Source: Candidatus Micrarchaeota archaeon | GTDB taxonomy: Archaea; Micrarchaeota; Micrarchaeia; Anstonellales; Bilamarchaeaceae | Assembly: GCA_043827025.1 (NCBI GenBank) | Contig: JBDRPL010000010.1 | Coordinates: 5,834 to 69,833 of the forward strand | DNA length: 64,000 nt | Direction: 5' to 3' | In this document: positions 8,838 to 18,564 of the stretch, piece by piece | How the letters are laid out: each line of letters starts with the position of its first letter | How positions within the stretch are numbered: position 1 is the stretch's first letter | Program-made: the position numbers and the translations under genes | Notes under the pieces: model-generated | The model's database searches: none | The model's input: only the letters and a program-made list of their open reading frames with translations | Told to the model about the DNA's origin: nothing

Positions 8838-10889
8838 ATGGTGGTCAATATCGATGTCGACATTACTTCTTTGAAAGCGTTGTTCAACGACTTCCTTACT
8901 TCCATATATAAGCCCAAGATCAATGATCTTCTGGTAGTCTACCCGACAAAGAAAAGCATTGAGATTGACTATGAAGACCTTGAAAAATTCGACCCTGATC
9001 TTGCAGACAAGGTTATCACCCACCCAGACATCATCATTGAGGCTGCAAAAGAGGCAATCAAGGACCTTAACCTCACTCTTCCAGGTTTGGAGAAGTTCGA
9101 ACCCAACATCCGCTTCTTCAACATGTCCTACAGAGAGATACTGATTGAAAACTTAAAATCAAAGAACTTGAATGAAATGGTGTGTTTCAAAGGTGTCATA
9201 ACTAGAAGGGCGGAAACACTTCATAAAGTAAAACTTGCATCCTTTACCTGCCAAGTATGCGATTCCCAATTCAAACTAGTGGTGACAAAGAATTTCATAC
9301 CTCCAAAGAGATGTGATTCCTGTAAAAAATTGGCATTGCAACAATCTGACGATGATAGTACTTTTTCTGACATTCAAAGGGCAGAGACCCAGGAACTTTT
9401 GGAGCGCGTAAGAGGTGGAGCACCATCTGCAAAGATTGAATTATTGCTGGAAGATGATCTTGTAAATGCAATCTCCCCAGGAGATAATGTAGACGTTGTA
9501 GGCATTCTTAGGTTAAAGCCTCCTCTCAAAACAAAGCAGAAACAGGAGCTAATCTATGGACGATATATCGAAGTTGTAAGTATCAAGAGTCTCAAGAGGG
9601 ATTTCGAGGAAGTGGACATAACCAAGGATGATGAGAAAAGGATATTGGATTTTTCAAAGAATCCAAATATAGAGAAAATACTCATAGCGTCATTGGCACC
9701 TGGAATATATGGCCATAATGAAGTTAAGAGAGCCATTGCTTTGCAGCTGTTCGGAGGAACAAAAGGAAAGTCTATGGGTGGCATGCGCATAAGAGACGAC
9801 ATCCACATCTTGTTAATCGGTGATCCTGGAAGCGCCAAAAGCCGTTTTCTACAACAGGTCGGAGATATCGCTCCGAAGAGCATCTATGTGAGCGGTAAAT
9901 CCACGTCTGGGGCAGGTTTGACAGTTACAGCAGAGAAAGACGATTTGGGCGACGGAGGCTGGACCCTTAAGGCAGGTGCTCTCGTTCTGGCTTCTGGCGG
10001 AATGGCGCAGATCGACGAGTTTGATAAAATGGATGATGAGGATCGTGCATCGATGCACGAGGCCATGGAATCCGGCCAAATAAGCGTTGCAAAGGCAGGC
10101 ATTGTTGCCAAGTTCAAAGCAAGGACATCTATCCTGGCAGCTGCTAACCCAAAATACGGCAGGTTTGACCAGAACAAGAATCTTGCAGATCAGTTTGCAA
10201 TTCCACCCACCTTATTGAGCAGATTCGATTTGATTTTCCCTATCGTAGATATTCTTGATGAAGAGAAGGACTCTAAATTGGCGCAGCACATTCTATCAGC
10301 TCACATGGGCATTGAAAAGAAACCCGATGATATTGAGTTTGTTGACAAGGAACTATTAAGAAAATATATCTCATATGCAAGACGCCACTCGCTTCCAATC
10401 CTGACACAGCAGGCTCTTGAGAAGATAAAGGAATTCTACGTTGATTTGAGAAGAAAAGGTAAAGATACTGGTTCAGTTGCAATTACGCCAAGATATCTTG
10501 AAGGCCTGGTGAGGCTTGCAGAAGCCAATGCAAAGATGCGGTTAAGCACAACTGTTGACGAGGCTGATGCGCAGACATCTATAGAATTGATGGAGTATGT
10601 AATGAGGAAGGTCATGACTGACAAGGCTACAGGCGTTTTCGACGTTGATGTTGTTGCAACTGGAAAGCCAAAATCAGAAAGGGATAAGCTGGAGAAAGTC
10701 GATATCATAATTGACATAATTAAGGACCATCTGAAGAGGCATGACAGCGCTGAAATAGATTCAGTGGTGGGCGATGCGGCATCATACGGTGTGGATGACA
10801 AGACTGCCAGGAAGATACTGAGCGAACTCCTTAGAAAAGGCGAAATATATGAAAAGGAGTACGGCCATATCAGACTGGTCGGCGGATAG
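8838..10889 (+). CDS. mcm: Replicative helicase MCM
   Basis: Zn finger CQVC..CDSC, GDPGSAKS, IDEFDKM, AAANP, SRFD, C-terminal wHTH; no intein visible. Confidence 0.96.
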   Translation: MVVNIDVDITSLKALFNDFLTSIYKPKINDLLVVYPTKKSIEIDYEDLEKFDPDLADKVITHPDIIIEAAKEAIKDLNLTLPGLEKFEPNIRFFNMSYREILIENLKSKNLNEMVCFKGVITRRAETLHKVKLASFTCQVCDSQFKLVVTKNFIPPKRCDSCKKLALQQSDDDSTFSDIQRAETQELLERVRGGAPSAKIELLLEDDLVNAISPGDNVDVVGILRLKPPLKTKQKQELIYGRYIEVVSIKSLKRDFEEVDITKDDEKRILDFSKNPNIEKILIASLAPGIYGHNEVKRAIALQLFGGTKGKSMGGMRIRDDIHILLIGDPGSAKSRFLQQVGDIAPKSIYVSGKSTSGAGLTVTAEKDDLGDGGWTLKAGALVLASGGMAQIDEFDKMDDEDRASMHEAMESGQISVAKAGIVAKFKARTSILAAANPKYGRFDQNKNLADQFAIPPTLLSRFDLIFPIVDILDEEKDSKLAQHILSAHMGIEKKPDDIEFVDKELLRKYISYARRHSLPILTQQALEKIKEFYVDLRRKGKDTGSVAITPRYLEGLVRLAEANAKMRLSTTVDEADAQTSIELMEYVMRKVMTDKATGVFDVDVVATGKPKSERDKLEKVDIIIDIIKDHLKRHDSAEIDSVVGDAASYGVDDKTARKILSELLRKGEIYEKEYGHIRLVGG

Positions 10890-10897
10890 GTGGATGA

Positions 10898-11734
10898 TTG
10901 GGTCTTGCAGAGAAATTACTGGTGGTTTTCATAGCGGCTCAGCTATTGGGTTTTTTCACAGGCTTTGTCCTGGTTAAGGATTCGAATGACAATCCCTATG
11001 CCCAATCTTTTTTTGTTGATCAGGATACTTCTGATGTTTCCACGCCCTTCTATTTTTTTATCTACATAATCTTCAGTTCTTTTCTTCTATTGATGTTAGT
11101 CCGTCTTTTTCCAAACAAAGGATTGATGTTTAAGCTTCTGGAGTTTTTGATAATCGCAAGCGCATCCTCCATTGTTTTTTATTCGTTCCTGAGATTTGCA
11201 TTCAGCTATGAAGAAAGCATGTTAGGAGGCATTGCATTGGGCTTGGTGCTTGCATTCATGAAATTCAACAGCCTTCCTGTGAAGAACCTCGTTGCAATCA
11301 TCTCAACAGCAGGAGTAGGGGTCGTGTTTGGCCTTTCATTCCAGATAATCCCGATTTTCATTTTTATTGTTCTTCTTGCCATCTATGATTATATTGCTGT
11401 GTTCAAGACAAAGCACATGGTTGAATTAGCCGAGTTTGTCATGAAGCAGGACCTTGCATTTACAATTACGGTGAGACAGAAGCCAAAAGCAGAAGGAGAA
11501 AGAGAACGACTGGATTTGGGAACAGGTGATTTGATTGTTCCGATTGCAACAGAGATGTCTGCATTTGCCTTTAATCCTATTTCAGCCTTGTTTGTCTTTG
11601 CAGGTGCAACTATCTCGCTCTACGCCTTTATCTATATTGCATCAAGGAAAAAGATGATTCTGCCAGCATTGCCACCAATCGTTTTCGGGATGGCCATTTT
11701 CTTTGCAATTGGAAAGTTGATTGGGTTCTATTGA
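10898..11734 (+). CDS. Presenilin/SPP-family (GxGD) intramembrane aspartyl protease
   Basis: YD motif (IYDYIAV..HMV), LGTGD, PALP; polytopic. Confidence 0.88.
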   Translation: MGLAEKLLVVFIAAQLLGFFTGFVLVKDSNDNPYAQSFFVDQDTSDVSTPFYFFIYIIFSSFLLLMLVRLFPNKGLMFKLLEFLIIASASSIVFYSFLRFAFSYEESMLGGIALGLVLAFMKFNSLPVKNLVAIISTAGVGVVFGLSFQIIPIFIFIVLLAIYDYIAVFKTKHMVELAEFVMKQDLAFTITVRQKPKAEGERERLDLGTGDLIVPIATEMSAFAFNPISALFVFAGATISLYAFIYIASRKKMILPALPPIVFGMAIFFAIGKLIGFY

Positions 11735-11744
11735 ATATATAACT

Positions 11745-13586
11745 CTAAGCAAGACAAACCTTTCTCCAATTCGGATCGCCTTGTTTTCTCCTTTCAGTCA
11801 TTTCCCTTCTCATTCTTGGCAGTTTTCTCCATAAGTTATAAGCTTCGTGGTTACGAAGAGGCGTTGCCATGAGTATATTTTCCGCATTTTTCCTTCCAGA
11901 TCTTTCGAAAACATCTTCTACTATTGGATCCAGTGCCCTCATTTCTCTTGGTTCGCCCGTGGTCATCAATGTTTTGTCGCTAAGCATCTCCACTGCCTTA
12001 GCATACGTTATGATTTCTAGGGCCATCCTTTTAATCTGGGCAGGAAATTCAATTCCTGATCCAAGAAGCATCCCTGCATATCTTGTTGCAAAACTGAATC
12101 CAAGGTAATTCATGAGCGCGCCTTTGTTCATTTCTTTTTCCGGCCCACTCATCCATTCTATTTGTTTAAATGCCTGAGCCATGCTTGTCATTGTTGAAAG
12201 CAATATAGGGTCAAGCGGGAGCGAGCTTTCATATAATATTCTTTGGCTGTTTTTTCCTTCCAAGATAGCTATGTTCCTATGAAAATATCTCTCAAACTCT
12301 TCAGGGAACCTTTCATGCACCAATCGTAGTATTTCTTCTTCAGGTGTGTCTGGATAAACCTTGATTGCCCCATTGTTTGTTACATACATGCAGAACCAGT
12401 TTTTCATGTCCATCATGAATTTTATGAAACTGTACCATTCATTTTTCATCCCTATGATGCTTGCATCTATCCCAGGAGGCAGGATGAACAGATCCAGCCT
12501 GAACCAGGATTTTCTCCCTTGTTTTTGCCAATATGCCTCTCCCATTGCGTCAACTGCCCTGAGTATCTCTTGGTTCGTGAAGTCTGGCTTTCCAAACATC
12601 CTTCTCCTTCCTCTTGAAAATGTCTCAAGACCTATCCCTACTGATTCTAGCCCATAATCAATCATTTCCAATATCCTTCTGCTTACTTTTCTTTTGCTAA
12701 CCTCTCCTGCTTCAAGAAGGTGGGTAGGTTTGCACATCACTCCGAATCCCTGTCCAAGTGTTCTTTTCATTTCCTGGTATCCCTTGTCTTCAAAATCAAA
12801 GAAAGGGCCATAGTATTCCAATCCAGGTTTCTGCCACCCTCTCCTTGAGGTTTCACGTATGGCTTCCAAGGCGTAATCCTGCCGTTGTTGTATTGTAAGC
12901 GGCACAGGTATAGGGTCATACCTGCAATATGAACAGCCCTGCGTGCATAGGTGGAACATTGGATAGGGAATAACCATTTTTTGTTCAGGTTGGTGCTCGT
13001 TATATCTGAACAGAGTCCTTGCGCTTATTTTCAATTCCCTTATGAATCTTGTTTCCTGCTTTTCTGCGTCTTGGAGAGGATGGATTATTGTTTCGCCGAT
13101 TCGCTGGTAAAGTCCTGGAATTGTTTGCAGATGCTCCCTGTCAACCTCTGTTCCTCTTGCCTTGCATTCGTCAACATGTTCGCAGAATCTCCTGAAGCTC
13201 ATCAATCCCGAACCTGCGAAGAAAAAGTCTGCGCCAGTATGCAGTAGCGCAGCTTCTGCCAATCCTTCTGGAACAGGGCCACCTATTGCATAGATCGCAT
13301 CAGAATTAAGCTCTTTCACATATTGGACATTTGATTTGACAGTATGCCCTTTTGGAATTTTCCCAGGAGGCACTGCCAATTCATCAACATACAATGTGGA
13401 ACAAACAATTTCTGCAGAAGCAACTTCTTCAAAACCTGCAGAATTCATGTCTCGGTATTCAAGTTTTCCAATCTGCCTCCAACCAAGTTTTGGCTGTTCA
13501 GAGAGCATTGCATCTAGCAATACTGGAACAAAGTTCTCTCTGTTCGTTTTCGAATCGGATTGTGGCAGGAATAGTACTTGGAGCAT
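11745..13586 (-). CDS. Radical SAM protein, probably with a cobalamin-binding-like N-terminal domain
   Basis: CTQGCSYC (CX3CX2C), IGGP..GAD, IPGL, IGLET. Confidence 0.72.
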   Translation of the reverse strand: MLQVLFLPQSDSKTNRENFVPVLLDAMLSEQPKLGWRQIGKLEYRDMNSAGFEEVASAEIVCSTLYVDELAVPPGKIPKGHTVKSNVQYVKELNSDAIYAIGGPVPEGLAEAALLHTGADFFFAGSGLMSFRRFCEHVDECKARGTEVDREHLQTIPGLYQRIGETIIHPLQDAEKQETRFIRELKISARTLFRYNEHQPEQKMVIPYPMFHLCTQGCSYCRYDPIPVPLTIQQRQDYALEAIRETSRRGWQKPGLEYYGPFFDFEDKGYQEMKRTLGQGFGVMCKPTHLLEAGEVSKRKVSRRILEMIDYGLESVGIGLETFSRGRRRMFGKPDFTNQEILRAVDAMGEAYWQKQGRKSWFRLDLFILPPGIDASIIGMKNEWYSFIKFMMDMKNWFCMYVTNNGAIKVYPDTPEEEILRLVHERFPEEFERYFHRNIAILEGKNSQRILYESSLPLDPILLSTMTSMAQAFKQIEWMSGPEKEMNKGALMNYLGFSFATRYAGMLLGSGIEFPAQIKRMALEIITYAKAVEMLSDKTLMTTGEPREMRALDPIVEDVFERSGRKNAENILMATPLRNHEAYNLWRKLPRMRREMTERRKQGDPNWRKVCLA

Positions 13587-13631
13587 TTTTATCTGTTTTT
13601 TAATTGTTGCAAAAAGTTTATAAATGAGGCA

Positions 13632-14639
13632 TTACTTTCTAACCTTTAGATCTATGACTATCTGATTAACCTTCGGAGCATATGGTCTCACAATTTTCCA
13701 ATTTAATATCTCGACCTTCACTCTTTCGCGCTCAGCAGCCTTCTTTACTATATTAATTGCCTTGTCTGGCATATCTTTCAAATCAACCATTGCGTAAAAG
13801 TGAATTATGCATCCGTTTTTCGCAGCTGAGAATGCAACATCTAAAAAGTCTTCAGCAGAATGCGGAAGCGGCATTGCAATCCTGTCAGCACAGTTCCTTG
13901 GCGTGACTTTTCGAACATCACCTTCAATCACCTGTACATTGGCCAATTTATTGAGCTTCACGTTCTCGCGCATGTATCTTACAGCATCAGGATTCAATTC
14001 AATCGCAATCAACTTTGCATCAGGATTTTGTTTTCCTATTACAAGTGCAAACGGTCCGACACCTGCGAACATTATCATTATATTCTCAGCTCTGCCACCA
14101 ACAATATCTGCAATTCGTTTTCTTTCGGTTGCCAGCCTAGGTGAAAAGTAAACCTTTGCAACATCGAGTTTCATTGAGCAGCCATGTTCTTTGTAAATAG
14201 TTTCTGTAGTCTCAATTCCAGCAATGTGCTTCAACTCGCGAACGCGATACTCACCTTTCATTGCACTCATTTTCTTGTAAACAGAATGGATGCTCTTATG
14301 GACTTTCATTATCGCGTTTGCAATTTCTTTTTCTCTGCCAGTCATTTTTTCCGGTATCTCTACAATCGCAATATCTCCTATCATGTCGAATGAGCTTATT
14401 GATTCTTTTAGAATTTGACCTATACTTTCAGGTCTTTTTACTTTGGTGCCTCTTCGTTTTATTATCTCAAGTCCATCCTTTCCATCTGTTTCTTTAGCTT
14501 CTTTAGTAACTGGAAAGAAAACAAAATCGCCTTCGGAAAACGCAAGATAATTCTTGTCATACTTCTGCCTGTCAACCAGCTTCTTCCTGGTCCTTTCGGC
14601 ATCTTTCTTATGGACTTTGATGAACAACATTTGTTTCAC
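13632..14639 (-). CDS. trm5: tRNA methyltransferase, Trm5/Taw2 family
   Basis: SFDMIGDIA, KEHG, VYFSPRLATER, MFAGVGPF, ELNP. Confidence 0.88.
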   Translation of the reverse strand: MKQMLFIKVHKKDAERTRKKLVDRQKYDKNYLAFSEGDFVFFPVTKEAKETDGKDGLEIIKRRGTKVKRPESIGQILKESISSFDMIGDIAIVEIPEKMTGREKEIANAIMKVHKSIHSVYKKMSAMKGEYRVRELKHIAGIETTETIYKEHGCSMKLDVAKVYFSPRLATERKRIADIVGGRAENIMIMFAGVGPFALVIGKQNPDAKLIAIELNPDAVRYMRENVKLNKLANVQVIEGDVRKVTPRNCADRIAMPLPHSAEDFLDVAFSAAKNGCIIHFYAMVDLKDMPDKAINIVKKAAERERVKVEILNWKIVRPYAPKVNQIVIDLKVRK

Positions 14640-14747
14640 GCTTGGTTTATATATCTCTTAGGATGATTTAAACTTGATTTTAATGGAGAGTTTCATTCAT
14701 TTTCTGAAAGAACAAATTTAAATTTTTATTCTAACATTAAAAAAGGT

Positions 14748-15161
14748 ATGGTAATTAAGTTCAACACAAAAATTCCGCTATATGAGTTGGAAGAATATCT
14801 CAGAACAATGCTTGAAGGAATTAGGCCAATTATCCACATTGGAACTGTTGATCGACAAACAAAGGCAGGAAAGGTGGTAAAAGTAAGCGAAATGGACGCC
14901 GGTGAAATCGACAGAAGAGCTGCAAAATTCTATCCTCATATACGAGAAGCATTAGGCAAAAAAGAAGTTTATGATGCATTCATAAAGAAACTGGTGGATC
15001 AAAAAGAAGGATTCGAAGGGGTTTTGAGGATGACTCTGCCTCAAGGCCAGATTAGGGTTGAACTCTCTAAAGACAGAGAAGGAATTGACATATTTCTTCC
15101 AAAAGATAGAGTCGGAACAGTAAGGGCGCGGATTTACATCGACGATCAGGACAACATGTAG
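14748..15161 (+). CDS. Hypothetical protein
   Basis: ATG ORF of 137 aa with upstream TTTAAA and AAGGT; no motif. Confidence 0.55.
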   Translation: MVIKFNTKIPLYELEEYLRTMLEGIRPIIHIGTVDRQTKAGKVVKVSEMDAGEIDRRAAKFYPHIREALGKKEVYDAFIKKLVDQKEGFEGVLRMTLPQGQIRVELSKDREGIDIFLPKDRVGTVRARIYIDDQDNM

Positions 15162-15203
15162 GTACATACCAAAACAAGAATAGATTGTATAAATACAGGT
15201 CAA

Positions 15204-15560
15204 ATGATCGCATTCATTGCAAAACACAAGGAAGGCCAGGTCGAGGGTATCAAGGAAGAATTGGCGCGTGATAAGACTAATTTCGCTATTTTTGATTATC
15301 TTCGAATGACTCAGAAATACGAAAAGCTTGATGATCTTCAAAGGCAAAAGCTTCGTGATTTATTATATGGCAAACTAGATGTTCAAGTAGAAAACGGAGT
15401 AACTTATGTGACGAATATGAGTAAATCTCCCGAAAAAAGGACAGTTACTATCACAGAGCTATTTCATGTGACTGCAGATGGGCAAATCATTCTTGATTTT
15501 CCAAAGTCAGAGACAACTGACCTAGAAGAATACATCAGAAGATCGAGAATATCTAAGTAG
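15204..15560 (+). CDS. Hypothetical protein
   Basis: ATG ORF of 118 aa ending 2 nt before the leuS stop. Confidence 0.55.
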   Translation: MIAFIAKHKEGQVEGIKEELARDKTNFAIFDYLRMTQKYEKLDDLQRQKLRDLLYGKLDVQVENGVTYVTNMSKSPEKRTVTITELFHVTADGQIILDFPKSETTDLEEYIRRSRISK

Positions 15561-15562
15561 TT

Positions 15563-18319
15563 CTATTCAACATCCAACTTAATCGCTGGTTTCCCCGGGA
15601 GTGCGTTCTTCGCTTTTGGCTCTGCACCAGCTTTGTCCTCAAGCATTACCCTGACCTCACAGGAATATTCCTTCTCAAAGAATTCCTTTGCATCCTTAAG
15701 CGCATCCATCTCGCTTTCTTCTGTTGGAGGCACAGGAAGTGCATAAACATTTTTTATGGTCTGCTTCACAATGCGCTGGACTTCTCCCATGTTCATCTTT
15801 TTCGCAGATGCAATCTTCATTATCTTGTCCAAAGCCTTTTCTTCACGCATTATTACCTGAAGATCTCGTTTCCATTGGGATGCGACATATATTTCGATTG
15901 ATTTTATTTTCTGTGTCGAATCCTTGATCACGAATCCTTTTATCCTGTCAATATCCTCTTTCATCTGTTTTACTGCGTTCTCAGCATCCTCTATTTCTTT
16001 GCTAATCTCCCTATCATCACATTCTGGGAACTTCTGTTCGCAACAGAATCCCTTGCCACCAAGCATGCTCCAGAATTCTTCGGCATGGAATGGCATGAAT
16101 GGGGAAATCAATAGAGTCCATTTTTTGAAGAATGATTCGAGCCTCGGCTCCTTTGCCCTTTTCAGGTACCAGGAAAGGTCAGCATGTATGTCATAGAATA
16201 TCTCAAGTGCTAGTTCCCTAAGCGCAAGGTTTGGATAAAGCTCATTCGCCTTTCTTATCTTTCGATTAAGTCGAGACATTAACCATTTGTCGATTTGTCC
16301 AGGTTTGGCCTTGCCCTTTTCTTTTGAAGCTAATTCCATCAATCGTGAAAAGAATTCCAATCTTGTTTTCGTTCCTTCAGCAACGCTCTTGTTGAAATCC
16401 GTGTCCTGAGTAAGGTCTGCTCCGCTTACTGTTGAGAATCGAACCACATCTGCTCCGAATTCCTTTATTGCCTTTCTTAGTGGAAGGATGTTACCCATGC
16501 TCTTGCTCATCTTCTTTCCATCCATCAAAACAAATCCGTTCGTAACAATCTGTTTAGGCCAGTTTTTCTTTTCAAATATGGCAACATGGTTGAATATGTA
16601 GAATGGAAGGTGGTTCCTCACAAGGTCAGCACCGCTGTGCCTTGAATCGCATGGATACCAATACGAAAAACTCTGGCGGAGTTTTTCGAGTTTTGGGTTC
16701 CAGGTCTTGTGTTTTGTTTCCTCTCCTAGGAACACGTAATCAAAGAATTCATCGCCCATCTCGCTTTCATCGACTTCTCCAAGAAGGTGGGAAATCGTAT
16801 AGAATGCCATGTAAATTGTGCTGTCAGACAATGCCTCTATGACCAGTTTCTCGTCAAAGGGGAATTTGGTCCCAAGCCCTCTGCTGCGGGCGCAAGGCTT
16901 TTGCTTGAACCAGTTGATCGCATATTCATATTCGCTTCTTGTTTTTTCAGGGATTATGGTCATTTTCCCAAGGCATTCTTCCGCCTTCTTCTTCCATTCC
17001 ACAATTCCATAGTCAATGAACCATTGGTCGATTATATTGACAATTACCTCGGCTCCGCATCTGCACCGCACCGGCTTGTTGCTTATTTCCCATAATATGA
17101 CAGCCTGCTTCTTTGCAAACATCTCATTCTTTGTTTTTTCAATTGCAACAGAAACCTTTTCACCAGAATGCGGTCCTGCGACCATAATTCCCGTCAGTAT
17201 CTCTTTCTTGTAGACCTCCTTTACTATATCCTCTATTTTAGGATCATGTTGGTCCTTCACGCCCATCTTTTCAAGGAGTTCAAGAGCCATGAATTTGTAG
17301 CCTTCAACTTTTATAATCGGGGTATAATCCAATTTTATTCCAAGATCAACAAGTCCCATGTGGTCATAAGGCGCATGGGAAGGCACGCTCATCACGATTC
17401 CTGTGCCGACATCATCCTTCACATATTCTGCCTTGTAGATTGGGACCTCCTCCCCAGTCACGATATTTTTCGCTTTTCTGCCAACCATTTCTTTTCCATA
17501 GAACTCTTTAATCACCTGAAGCTCGAATCCTTGCGAATTCATCTTGTCGCATGTCTTTTTTGAAATATAGTATATGTCGCCGGTTTTCTTGCTCATTGCC
17601 TTTACATGCTCTGTAGATGGATTGACCCAGATATTGGTGACGCCATATATTGTTTCAGGCCTAAGCGTTGCTGTGAGTATGAAACCATCTTCATATCCGA
17701 ATTTAATTGCTGTAAATTCCTTTAGTTCTGGATCAACATCTCCCTTAGTGTCATGGCCACCAACTGCCTGGTTATCTACAGGGCACCATGCAATAGGGTA
17801 TTTGCCCTGCACTATGTAGCCTAGTTTCTTCAATCTTCTGAACTGCCATTGGATGAACCTGTTGAATTTTTTGTCAGAACTGTAGAATTTCCTTCTCCAA
17901 TCTATGCTATAGCCCATCTCATGCATTCCTACTTCTATCTCCTTTGAGAAGTACATCACCAAGTCTTCAGGCTTTGTAAGCTTTGCAGCTGTTTTTCGAT
18001 CGATGCCATAGATGTTTTCAAACACCGAAAGCACTTCTTCATCTTTGTCTGCTATTCTTTTGGCCATGGCGATTATAGGGGTTCCAGTGACATGAAAGCC
18101 CATTGGAAACAGTGTGCAATATCCTTTCATTCTTAGAAAACGGGCATAGATGTCTGCAGTCGTATATGTCCTTCCATGGCCTATGTGCTGGGGTGAATTG
18201 GGATATGGAAATGCAGCAGTTATCATCTTCTTTTCTTTTTTGGAGGGTTCTGGGTTGTAAACATTTTCAGCATTCCATTTCTTGGCCCATTTTTCTTCTA
18301 TTTTAGTATGCATAAACAT
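15563..18319 (-). CDS. leuS: Leucine--tRNA ligase, archaeal type
   Basis: AFPYPN..HIGH, ATLRPET, GTGIVMSVPSHAP editing domain, KMSKS, C-terminal PGKPAI. Confidence 0.96.
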   Translation of the reverse strand: MFMHTKIEEKWAKKWNAENVYNPEPSKKEKKMITAAFPYPNSPQHIGHGRTYTTADIYARFLRMKGYCTLFPMGFHVTGTPIIAMAKRIADKDEEVLSVFENIYGIDRKTAAKLTKPEDLVMYFSKEIEVGMHEMGYSIDWRRKFYSSDKKFNRFIQWQFRRLKKLGYIVQGKYPIAWCPVDNQAVGGHDTKGDVDPELKEFTAIKFGYEDGFILTATLRPETIYGVTNIWVNPSTEHVKAMSKKTGDIYYISKKTCDKMNSQGFELQVIKEFYGKEMVGRKAKNIVTGEEVPIYKAEYVKDDVGTGIVMSVPSHAPYDHMGLVDLGIKLDYTPIIKVEGYKFMALELLEKMGVKDQHDPKIEDIVKEVYKKEILTGIMVAGPHSGEKVSVAIEKTKNEMFAKKQAVILWEISNKPVRCRCGAEVIVNIIDQWFIDYGIVEWKKKAEECLGKMTIIPEKTRSEYEYAINWFKQKPCARSRGLGTKFPFDEKLVIEALSDSTIYMAFYTISHLLGEVDESEMGDEFFDYVFLGEETKHKTWNPKLEKLRQSFSYWYPCDSRHSGADLVRNHLPFYIFNHVAIFEKKNWPKQIVTNGFVLMDGKKMSKSMGNILPLRKAIKEFGADVVRFSTVSGADLTQDTDFNKSVAEGTKTRLEFFSRLMELASKEKGKAKPGQIDKWLMSRLNRKIRKANELYPNLALRELALEIFYDIHADLSWYLKRAKEPRLESFFKKWTLLISPFMPFHAEEFWSMLGGKGFCCEQKFPECDDREISKEIEDAENAVKQMKEDIDRIKGFVIKDSTQKIKSIEIYVASQWKRDLQVIMREEKALDKIMKIASAKKMNMGEVQRIVKQTIKNVYALPVPPTEESEMDALKDAKEFFEKEYSCEVRVMLEDKAGAEPKAKNALPGKPAIKLDVE

Positions 18320-18355
18320 TACCTTACGATTAGTGGCTTCTTTTCCGGAAAAACT

Positions 18356-18548
18356 ATGGGGACTTAGCTTTTTATAGCTAACCCATACCCCGTGTTTTCC
18401 TTAAAAAATAGTTGGGGGTGGTCAGAAGGCCCGATTGACTAAACGTCAATGGGCACAGTGAACGAAGTTCACTTGTGGTGCGTGGAAATGGGAGGGGGAA
18501 CGGCCCCCTCGCGTTTTCGCATGGGGACTTAGCTTTTTATAGTTAACC
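18356..18548 (+). repeat. 28-bp direct repeat pair (1 mismatch) flanking a 137-nt hairpin-rich segment
   Basis: ATGGGGACTTAGCTTTTTATAG(C/T)TAACC at 18356-18383 and 18521-18548. Confidence 0.9.
18534..18541 (+). promoter_or_regulatory. Probable TATA box of the six-gene membrane protein operon
   Basis: TTTTTATA about 24 nt before the ATG at 18565, consistent with a leaderless archaeal promoter. Confidence 0.55.
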
Positions 18549-18564
18549 TGATTAGATATTATGC

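Noticed and set aside
8775-8923. N-terminal extensions of MCM and ApgM in the ORF track
   Set aside because: They overlap each other; starts at 8838 (+) and 8776 (-) leave a plausible divergent promoter
18356-18548. CRISPR mini-array
   Set aside because: Only two repeats, a 137-nt structured 'spacer', and no cas genes in the window
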